A DNA stretch of 64,000 nt, from positions 23,880-87,879 of the forward strand of contig DF237161.1 in the NCBI GenBank assembly GCA_000708835.1, in the 5' to 3' direction. The DNA comes from Klebsormidium nitens (lineage: Eukaryota; Plantae; Klebsormidiophyceae). A program made the position numbers and the translations under genes. Positions 1 to 10,200 of this stretch are shown piece after piece (position 1 is the first letter of the stretch; each line of letters opens with the position of its first letter). The notes under the pieces are model-generated. The model worked only from the letters and a program-made list of their open reading frames with translations. It was not told where the DNA came from and ran no database searches.

Positions 1-100
1 CCCTAGGGCAACCGGGCCTTCCCGCCTTAGGGTTACACTACTGCGAGTGACAACCGGGCAAGTACTTTAGTTTTAGTGTGTGCCCGGGGCTTTCCAAAAA
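1..100 (+). repeat. Partial copy of a dispersed repeat related to the interior of the 4469-4828 element
   Basis: GTGACAACCGGGCA occurs at 47-60 and 4678-4691. TTTTAGTGT(G)TGCCCGGGGC follows it in both places. Both regions also contain TTAGGG and AACCGGG motifs. Confidence 0.6.
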
Positions 101-606
101 TCGAACCTTTTCCCCAATAGGTGCTACGAGAAAACGAGCGATTTGATCGATACTCGGCCGGCCCTATCGAGCAATTTGTCAATATGCTTCCGATGGCTTT
201 ACGAGGGGTTTTCTCGATACGGCCGTGAGTCTGGGTTGATCTGGTAGTTCTGAACGTACCGTATACACGGCGTAGACGCGCTCATCTGGAATCCGATCGC
301 ATGTGCATAGATCTACTAGAAATTAGTGCAGAGCATCTGCATTGCGCTGAGATTCGCGCTAATCGTGGTCTTTGCAAGTGAGCTGAGCAGGAAAGCTCGC
401 CTTTGTCACAGAACTTTAGCCCGATAGAAGGGATTAGAGTTGGAGAATCTGAAAAGGCTGCGACGAACTTTTCTGGAGCAGGTGGTTTGAGCCCCTGCCA
501 TTACCTGGATAGCAGGAAAGTGGGGAAGGCAACCCAGCAGATTTGATTTTCGCTGGCTGTTGCAGGGCGTCAAGACACGCGTCTTTTTGAAAGTAGCGTC
601 TACACC

Positions 607-1962
607 ATGCCTTACTCTGGGAAAAGCAACCTTGCCCTGGTAAACACTCCCTCTCACACGTGATCTGAGGTGCACTTGTTGAAAGAAGCAATGGATGGTC
701 AGACTGCGAGTCGCATTGAGAATCTTCACTGAACAGGTCTTTCTTTAAGAGAATTCACCGTGAGAAACAAGTTGCGACTTGGACCGTAGAAGTGGCTGAA
801 ATTTTTGCGCTCTACTGGATATGCGGACCTGCGTAAGATCTGACTAGGATTTACAATGAATCAAAAGTGCTACACAACGATGTGCGGTGTTCGTCACGAG
901 TTTTGGCAGGAGCGAAGTTTCGGTCTTGCAACAATCGTTGTCTCGAGGTGTTATCAAGCAGACAGACATCAGCGCACAACCTGAATAGTCAATCTTACCA
1001 ACTGGGTTGAGATATGAGAAGCTGGCTCAACATAGCACCAATCATTCTCGTGAACCACACCATGAAAGAGAGTTTGGAAACACCCTCTCAGCCAGCAAGG
1101 AATCTCAATAGAACCAAGCGTACACCCCTGCTAGTTGTGCACCTTGTAGGTTGGAAGTGTACCCGCACCTTCGGAATTCTGGTTGATACAAGCAACATCC
1201 TTTCGAAAGTTTCTCCAAGTATATCAGTGACAGTAACAAGAAGTGATGTTGGCACTTAGTGCATCGAACCTTTGTTTGTAGTGTGTCCTGTCTTTGTTGG
1301 TCCTTTCATTACTTCTGGCGGCTAATAGGTCAGGCTGAGGGGCTTGGAGGATTGTCCAGCTTTTTCCTTCATGGTCCTCTGAAACACAAAAACCCGTTTT
1401 CACAGGTTCTTCGGGTATCAGCCGTGGCTCTTGGTGTCGCGTATGGGGCAACAAAATATGGTTATCTGAAGGTAAGCGCACATAAGCGTTGCACGTGTAA
1501 GATGTTGCTCTGCACAAAAAACGTCCCAACTGGTTATGCTTTGGCATTTGCAGTGGCATTGCTCGTTGTTGGAGGTTCGAAAGGTTCATGCAACCATGCT
1601 CAAGTGGCAACGTGGTTCTATGTTGCGGTACGCCAGACCTTGGTGTATAGGTTTCTAATGCGTTTATTTGGATGCCTGAAAAGTTTGTTGAAGGCTTTTT
1701 GGCCCTTTCATCAATCTTTTGGAATATGCTCCCCTTGACAGATGATTTAAACAGAAAACATCAGATTCACAGCATTCTTAATGCACTTCTCTGGTGATGG
1801 TAGATGGTCCGATCAAAGGCTAAACCATGTACATGGATCACTCCAAATTTGTTGACACTTGTACATCTACAACCTGCCGTGTTGTCTTTCTGGCAGGCTA
1901 CACAAAAGGCGGCAACAATCACAAACTCCGATAAACATGCTCCAGCTCCTTCAAGTCACTAA
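607..1962 (+). CDS. Mitochondrial ATP synthase subunit e, plant type, 54 aa; exons 607-639, 1406-1471, 1897-1962
   Basis: Three phase-0 GT-AG exons give MPYSGKSNLALVLRVSAVALGVAYGATKYGYLKATQKAATITNSDKHAPAPSSH*. This resembles the plant subunit e pattern as I recall it (PYSGxSxLALVxRxSAxxxGxxYG). Confidence 0.85.
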
Positions 1963-3129
1963 CACCTAAAAGGTCACGTTTAGTCGGGTTTCTTTCTATC
2001 TGGCATAGTGAAGCACAAACAATGAACCATGATGCGAAAATAAATTAAAGTCGCCAGCGAAGCATGAGTGCGCGCATGAACCATGCAAGTGGTGCATGTG
2101 CCACTGGGATATCGATGAGGCATATTTGCGGCTTTGCACCAGGAAGAACGGCCATGCTTACATGCATCATGATATAGTATGTTGGCATCTCGATGATTGC
2201 AAGCTAGCCCAAGATTAACACCATGCGGTTCAATTTGATCATACTCGCCAGAGATTTGTAGTGATTGGCTCTCCACAACCACATGCAAATCTGCACTTCT
2301 CAACGCTTTTCGACGGCTAGCTTATAACCCTCCACGATTGTCCCCCAGTCGCTATTGTCAACACACTTCTAGATTGTCAAACACTGTACTTGCTTACCCA
2401 AAGTATGACATAGATTCACTCAGGCTCAAATTAACGTGGCTCAGGGCACGGTCAATAAACCGTAAGTTACCATTCACTACCGCCTGCAACCATCAAAGAC
2501 TTGGCTTGTAAGCCGTTATAATCAGGTTTAGACGTGACATATCTATAGTCTGGAGGTCCGGTGGGCGAATCCATGATCTTTCTCTGAAACATTTATTCTC
2601 AAACTTATATGAAGGTACTTATGGAAGACTCACGGTGCGTTAAGGAGAAAGCGTCACCTTCCGTCCTTAGGAGATGCCGGCACAAGCTATAACCAATTAT
2701 AGAGACTTTGGAAAGCTCCTTTGGTGGTTCAAATTGTATTCTAAAGTATCCAGCCTCTGAGCAGCTAGAGGAAATCTGGAGGATCCACTGAGCCCAACTT
2801 TCGGAAGAAACAACATCTACAATGTTGAATTTTCCATTCAGGTGGGTCGCCGAATCTGGATTTGCCCGAGGGATCAGCAAAAGTCATAGCGGAGTCGTTC
2901 AATGAATATTTGTGATATTTTGACCGCGATCGATCACGCTGCAATGTCCGAGAAAGAAGGGCCTAATGCCAAAAGATAAACCATGAGTCCATGAGTCGAC
3001 TGCAAGTCACAGCTTGATGGGGACAGAGCTGCTTGCATGCTCGCGGAAGCCATGGCACCTGAGGCTGTGGCACCACAGCGCAGCTCACAGCTTTCTTTGC
3101 TTGCAAGTTTCATGCTCTTGTCTCACATT

Positions 3130-3365
3130 CAGGTAGATCGCCGCGATTCTGGACTGCCTGTGGCACGCAAACTATCATTTCCCGGCCGTTCATTGGCGTG
3201 GTCACCACTTTTAAGCCATTCCGGATCGTCGATGACTCAAAACCCGGTAAAAGCGGAGCAGAAACTTGTCCAAAGTAAAAACGGGCTAAACTGTGCAGGC
3301 TGGAGGCACTCAGTGAAATTCAGCCAATGGGAAATGAAGAGTGACCTAGTGCGGCGATCTACCTG
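3130..3365. mobile_element. MITE-like element, 236 bp, 15-bp perfect TIR, 3-bp ATT direct flanks
   Basis: CAGGTAGATCGCCGC (3130-3144) is the reverse complement of GCGGCGATCTACCTG (3351-3365). ATT lies at 3127-3129 and 3366-3368. No credible coding content. Confidence 0.6.
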
Positions 3366-4468
3366 ATTGGACTCATGTAAAAAATGATCGATATGCTTTT
3401 TTGAGTGGGTCCAAGCCTGCAATTGATTTTCTGCAAGTCTGCACCGGGCAGAAATCAGTGCTTTTCGCTCCACAGACAGCGGGCAGACAGCAAACGATAC
3501 GCTTCGCAGCCTCGGCACAAGGGGGCGGCATGCAAATGAGCATCTCTGGAGCTGTAGAGCTGGAGAAACTTTCTACAGCTTGCAGATTGATTGCACTACG
3601 GATTGCAAAGCTTACTTTGTGTCTTCATGTCTTTCCTGAGCATTCTGAGGAGCGTCGTTGCTGACAGCACCCTAGGTCAAAAAGAGGCTCGTTGCCTGGC
3701 AGCCCATTTTTTCAACATGACGTTCCTTTCTTTTACTTAGAATGTCTGCACCGTCCGATGACCGGATCGCGACTTTTCCGACTTTGGAAACCCAAAAATA
3801 TCGGAGCCAATGCGCTTCAGAACGGTCAAGATCCAGATTCGGCTACCCCGGGGGCCGGGCCCGCCTGTTTGCCAGCCATATTTGGTGACTGGTCGCGTTT
3901 GAATATCTAGATATACGGTATGCATCGTGTACTGGTTACCAGGTCCATGGCTTCAATCGGCCTTATAAAAGAAGTATACATACATCTGAATCCTGATACG
4001 GTACACCGTATGCCTCCGGATCCCACCAGATTCTGCAGAACGGAGTCATGACTCATGAGTCGGATTGACTCTTGGGAAGACTTGGACCGTTGGAACTTGT
4101 AAGTTGTGCTTCAAGTTTCAACGTGGACGGTGCACACTGCAAGTTGGATGTGTGCAGCCAGTCCCCGGCCCCCGGGACCCGCCCGGTGACCTACCGTAAT
4201 CCTATGAAGGCCTTCCGATCAACATGCCTAGGTACTACGGTACCGGTACCTAATAAACCTACCTACCTACCTTACTAGAGGCTAGAGCTTCCCGGTAGCT
4301 ACCGGGACCAAACTACAGTCCACGGTACTTCTCAAAGAGTACCTACCTACCGTGGTTCTCGAATCGATTATCGGATCGAGTTGATTTGATTGTGCTGGTT
4401 TCAGTTCCGTCACGGTAGGTACCTGGATGTCTCTGAAACTTAAAGTTGAGGCCGGCCGCCGGATATAA

Positions 4469-4828
4469 ATAAAGTTTAATACCTATAAGGCAATGTGACG
4501 TATAAGGTACTGTATTGCGTAAGAGGACTGTACGTTTAATGATTGCGCGGTCGTACCCCGCGCTGCGCGGTGCGTACCCGAGAAGCAGCCGGGCCTACCC
4601 TGGGACATTAGGGTCTCGCAAGCAACCGGGTGACAAGCAGGCCCTCCCTCTGACATTAGGGTCTCGCAAGCAGCCGGGTGACAACCGGGCACTTCCCAGT
4701 AACATTAGGGTCTGTCGGTCACATTACCCTAGGTTTTTAGTGTTGCCCGGGGCCTCACATGTACAATATTCCTCTACGGTTGAACAAATTCCTTATAGGG
4801 AACGTACCTTATAGGTATTAAACTTTAT
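4469..4828. mobile_element. MITE-like element, 360 bp, 22-bp perfect TIR, internal 33-bp direct repeats
   Basis: ATAAAGTTTAATACCTATAAGG (4469-4490) is the reverse complement of CCTTATAGGTATTAAACTTTAT (4807-4828). Subterminal TATAAGG/CCTTATA copies are present. GACATTAGGGTCTCGCAAGCA(A/G)CCGGGTGACAA occurs at 4604-4636 and 4652-4684. No clear TSD. Confidence 0.65.
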
Positions 4829-4931
4829 GGTTATCCCGCCGGTGGTAGGCTGAGCCCCCCCGGATATAGCGCTCGAATAGTAAAAACCTAACCCTCAAAA
4901 TTACCTGATCCGCACCAGTACTTTAATGATA

Positions 4932-5244
4932 TATTAGGGTACCGTCACTTGAAGTGGCAGGTATTCTGATGGGGGGGGGGGCTGAGGCTTGTAATCCTGG
5001 ATCGAGGTGGGGGGGGGAGGGGCGCTTGAAGGCCTTGGGCCGGGGCGCAGCCCCGGCTGTTTTGAACAGCTAAATCAGGGCAAAACCCCCCTGATATTGA
5101 CCCGGTTTGCCGCTTTTGAGGCCTTGGGCTTGAGGCACATTTCGACTGGTTGAGCCCCCCCGGGGGGGGGGCTTGTGGCCCTCAAGGAAAGTGGCCTGTA
5201 GAATCCCTACCCCGGTGCCATTGCAAAATAACGGTACCCTAATA
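4932..5244. mobile_element. MITE-like element with TA termini and G/C homopolymer-rich interior
   Basis: TATTAGGGTACCGT (4932-4945) is the reverse complement of ACGGTACCCTAATA (5231-5244). The TA ends are compatible with a Tc1/mariner-type TSD. Long G and C runs lie inside. Confidence 0.5.
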
Positions 5245-6049
5245 ATAAATATTAAATTAATAAATTAACCAAAAAACCCCCAAATTATATAGAAACTTAA
5301 ACCTGACCTCAGCTGGTTAATATTAACTAGCGGTACCCAAAGCGTACTAGGTACGTAGGTACCGGTACTACGGTAGGCAGAGCTGTACCAGTTCTACCTA
5401 CCATGACATGAATTTCGATGGCCGGTACCAGCAATGTTGTCAATTGGGCCGGACCAGCAGTAGGTACGCACCGTATCAGGCAGGCACAGAAGGCTCAAAA
5501 ACTGTACCTGGGGTTCTGCCCAGTGCCACTGCCATGTGGTGATCCCTTTTCGTCGCTTTCTCTTCAGTTGCCCAAAACGCTTTCCCCAGCTTTTCCGCGC
5601 TTTCCTCTACGGTGTTGTCATTATCCAACCTGGGTGACTTCAATATCGCAGATCGACGGCTACGCGGGATGCTCCATCGCTCAAAAAGGGTTCCGATTCG
5701 TTCGAGCAGCAGCGAGGTGGATTTCGAGTCATCTTTGGACTCGTACCTCGCAGAGGATTCCATGAGAGCGCGGCGAGCCTACCGACTACACCGTGCAGCA
5801 CTGGTAGTGCAGAGCCGCAAGCGCGCTGCACGTTTTCTAGGCTCCTCCTACTGGGTAGGTACCTAGCTGCGAAACTGCTGGGCCTGCTGTGCCAGCGGTG
5901 GACGCCATGGAAATTTGATTACCGTACTGTATTATTGCCCGAGGTTGATTGATCGTGGCGCCAAGACCAGGCAGGCAAGATCAGCACGAATTGCTGGGAG
6001 GAGGAGCTTGTGCTTTGCTCTATCTTGGTCCAGGAATTTCCTTTTCACG

Positions 6050-8888
6050 ATGCAGTCTCCGGTAACGGGCCCGGGACCACCGGTGGTTGTTGCGCAATTG
6101 CCAGTTACGGAGAGTGAGGCTGTGCAACAAACGGCGATTCTTGCAGGCGCCAAAGTGTTGTCAGGAAGCCTGCCAGGGCTGGTGTCTCAGGTGGCGCGCA
6201 CAAGTAGTGGGTCTCATTCAGCCCAAGTGGTCCCCACCGGGAAGGAGGACGGTATCCTGAGCCCTGTGTCCCTCAGTTTTGAGGGGGACCTGCCGATCAT
6301 CCCCAAGCTCGCCCTGCCGCGCCTGGCTAAGCCCGCCTCCCTCATGAGGACAGCCTCTGCGGACCAGGAGAAGCACAAGGCGGCCAGGAGGGCCCCTCAT
6401 GTTCGGATTGCCCCCCACCCCGCAGGGCTGGCAAAGCTGCTAGGGATGGACAAGCTGCCGGAGGTGGAGGAGGGCGCTCGGGAGACAGAGGAGTCGGGCA
6501 CGGCGGATGGGACGGTCCCCATTATGAAGCTGTGCCAAGTGTGCAATGCCTCCCCCGCTGTGGTGTACTGCGCTGCGGATGCAGCTTGCCTGTGTCAACC
6601 CTGCGATGTAGAGATTCATTCCGCCAATGCTTTGAGCAGCCGGCATGAGCGGGTGTCGTTGTTGGGGGTGAAGGATGCCGTGCTGTGCGAGGCGCAAGCG
6701 GAAACCGGCTGCGTGAGTGCGGAGCACACAGTGACGCTGTCCAGCAGCTCCAAGAGCAGCCGAGCCAAGAGGGCCAGGACGCAGGGGGCCACTAGCTCGG
6801 GCGGCTCTGGGGAGGACCTGGGCATGAGCCCCTCTTCACTGGATGCGCAGGAGGTTCCCAGCAGGTGCGGCACAACGAGGCTGGCGGACTCTTGCAGAGG
6901 GCTGGGTTGTGTAGGCTTTGCAGCACCGGTGGTTATCTGATGCAAGAAGCGGGAAATGCTGCGCCTGATGATCAAACCTTGCCACTAATAGAGAGCCGTT
7001 GGTAGGGTTAAGTTGAATCTCTTGCTGGTGTTTGCAATCTGGGACCTCATTGCATTGCAGTCTGCATTGCAGTCATTTCTTGGCTACATTGCTCATGACG
7101 TCAATCATGGCCTTGTTCTTGCAGCCTGGATTCTTGAATGTTGTTTCTTCTGCTGATTCCCTCCATCTTCACAGGTGGCCTGGGGAGGAGTACTCGTCCT
7201 ACGGCGGCCTCACTGAGAATGACTTGATTGCCATGGAGATGCCGGACCGCGGCGCGCAGGACAGCATCCTGGAGTCGCTCGGGGATGAGATGTGTGAGAT
7301 GGAGGAGAGCATGGAGGGCATTATGTACGGCATTGACGGCATCACGGCCATCCCGCAGCTCGACCTGGGCAGCTTGGGCCGCTCCAGCGGGGAACTCCGC
7401 AATGGGAGTGAGCATGCGGACGCAGGCGCAGGGTCCGATAGCAGCAGCATGGGCGCGGGGTCCATGTCGCACTATGATCAGTATGGGCCGGAAGTCAAGT
7501 ACGAGTACGGGCTGGAGGGCCTGCAGGAGATGCGGCACAGGGGGGCGGAAGCGGAGCAGCAGGCGAGCTACGAGAGCAGTTATCGGCTGGACGACCAGGC
7601 GGCCTTCCAGCTGGGGCTGCGCCTGGGGGAGAGCAACGCAGGGCTGGACCTGGCCGCGGGGAAGGGCCCCAAGATGGGCCTCAGCCTGGACTTTAGCGAC
7701 ATCCTGAGCGCCTGGTCCGACAAGGACGTCTGGGCCGACGGCCGCTACGCGCAGCTTGTCCCCGATACGGGGAGCCCCCTCGACTGCCTGGTGAGCTGAC
7801 GGCGAAGCACGGCCGCTGCCTGCGCAACAGCGTGACTCTTGCTTTGGTGCTGACCAGAGTCATCCACAGCATTGCTTTCCACCCTAGCAACAAGCGCCAG
7901 TGCCGCCTGCCCCTCACGGATCATGTCAACCTGCGGCACTGAGCATCTGGCATTCTGCATAATGTGAAGTCTACGTATTTTCAGGGTCATCTAACCATCT
8001 GCCAGTCGTTGTTGTTTGTTGCATTGCTTGGTCTGCCTTTGGCATCCTTTGCGTTTTGAGCTGATGTAGCGGGCATGCTCAGGTGTGGGCATGCGATCGG
8101 GACACGAAGCGATGGCTCTCTTTTAAGTTACATTGTATGGGTGGTTGACCTGACTGCTGGTCTCAGTCCCTAGACATCATTGGTGACTGTCTACATGTGC
8201 GGGCTGACTGCGATCGCTACTTTCTGAAGAGGCACGCCTGTTCAGAGTCTGTGCCATGACCTCTGCCTTGCAGCAGCTGGGTTGGAATGGTTTTCCATAA
8301 TCAGGAGCTAGGCCCTTAGCGCATTGAGGATGGCAAACCTGCATAAGCAAGGTTGTCTGAGATGAATCTTTTTTGATCCGATTGCGTCTCCCTGCCGCAG
8401 GCCCCTGCTGCATATGACCATGGCGTGGTCCCGGATTTGGGCAGCCAGCGCAAGCGCGAGGGGGGCACGTATGCTGGCGCGACTACAGGCGATGAGGGGC
8501 CCGTTCTGAATAGGAAGGAGCGTGTTGAGCGGTACAAAGAAAAGCGCAGAACCCGCGAGTTCTGCAAAAAGATCCGATACGAGGTCCGGAAGGCGAATGC
8601 AGAGCGACGGCCGCGCATCAAGGTGAGAGCATTTCCCTTGAAAACCTGTGGTACTGTGTAACATCATTCACCCTTAGCAGCGTCGAGAAATGGCCCTCAT
8701 CCAGGAAAGTGTGCAGCAGCAGAGCCCGGAGCGCTCCCTGCATTCACATGTTGGTACTTTAGTTCCTCCTTTGCTTTACTGACTTGCGTGCAGCATGAGT
8801 CTCTTCGCTGACATAAGTCCCCTTTGACTTGCAGGGCCGTTTTGTGAAGCGGTCGGAGTGCATTGCCATGGGACTGTCCATGTTCTAG
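6050..8888 (+). CDS. CONSTANS-like B-box + CCT transcription factor (single B-box, COL6/7/8/16-like); exons 6050-6864, 7175-7790, 8401-8622, 8835-8888
   Basis: B-box CQVCNASPAVVYCAADAACLCQPCDVEIHSANALSSRHERV. Mid motif LSLDFSDILSAW resembles the LxLDYxxVxxAW motif of single-B-box COLs. CCT domain RKERVERYKEKRRTREFCKKIRYEVRKANAERRPRIK|GRFVK. All intron phases join in frame. Confidence 0.93.
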
Positions 8889-10200
8889 GGCCAGCGCCAT
8901 CATTCCCACACTGTGTACACTAGGCCCTGGTAGCGCGTTTGTAGGGGGCTACTCATTCATTCTTCCGCATGTTGAAGGGAGGGAAGGTATTTTTTTCGAG
9001 CAACTGCTTAGAAATACAGCGCAGTGCTGCTCCACCTAAGGGTTGTTTCTTGTGTCTGGTTGGGACGAGGTCAAAGGTTTGTTTGAGTAGGGGTTCGCTG
9101 TTCACCAGTTGCACATGCATTCGTCTGTACATGAGCTCCAAGTTGGTCAGCGTGCACATTCGCACAAGTAGAAGCATCCTTAAAAACATTTGACAAGTTA
9201 GGCGGCTGAATACAGGCCTAGACGCTGTTGTGTTCGTTGAGGAAAGATACTGATTGCGATGAAAAATGGAGAGCAAGTTTTGCTAGAGTAGAGGAAGTAT
9301 GTTGCTCCACCCAGAGCATGTTGCTCAATCAGTGGAACTCGTGCTTGAGAACATTGGTCCAGGGGCTAGAAACATGAAAATTGACGTTTTAGAACGATCT
9401 GGAAGACCTTCTATTGTAAGGGGTTGCTGCATGCCTGTGCTCTGATGGACTTAAGAGAATCCGAACTGCAAGTACAATTACCCTCACATTCAGCTCAAGT
9501 ATATTGCTCCATGAACCAGCTTTCTGTCATGCGGCCTCAACCCATGCCCATCATGATATGTATACCTACATTTGGATTCATAACACATACTGTATGATAT
9601 GCACAACGATCATGACGGGTCTGACTCTTTGCAGTGCATGTCCGTATATTGCATGCCAGACATGTCATATAGTCTTGAATGCAGAGTGAGCATTTAATTA
9701 TGCAAAGGCATACTTGTATACTAGCATGTACGAGCATGATCCGCGCGCTCTGGCTGGCTTTCAATTTGCTGCTGGATGCCCTAGGCGCCCAGCCCCAATG
9801 ATGTGCCGACGCGCATGCTACCTGGCTATACTAGGTCGCAGTAAGGATCTTTGCAATTGCGCATGTAGTATTAATGTGAGCCATGCCTGAGATTCATGTC
9901 ATGATGGTTACAATGTACTGATGACCTAGACCACACCCTTCGGAAATTCAGGGCGAATTTACCTGTTATTGCGAGCAACAACATGCGCAACTCATCACAT
10001 ACTCCTACCTAACGCTGGCAGAGCACGTAACACAGTTTCTAAGCCTTTCCTAACCCATTCCTGCAAGACCTCATCCTCCAAGACACGCTACTTTACATGC
10101 ATCGCTATGTATGGTGAGAAAATTGGACCAGGCGTTTGGGTACACAAAGGAAGCTGTAGTGAAAGTGACGACCCCGGAGTCACATGCAACACGAGCCGTC

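Noticed and set aside
3363-3660. Possible small minus-strand exons (MLRKDMKTQ...HESNQ)
   Set aside because: The donor coincides with the MITE TIR, and there is no recognisable product or complete gene model.
4604-4713. 33-bp direct repeats with a spacer, CRISPR-like at first glance
   Set aside because: There are only two full units, the spacer is 15 bp, the context is eukaryotic, no cas genes are present, and the repeats lie inside a TIR element.
4600-4745. TTAGGG motifs as an interstitial telomere
   Set aside because: They are isolated single motifs, not a tandem array.
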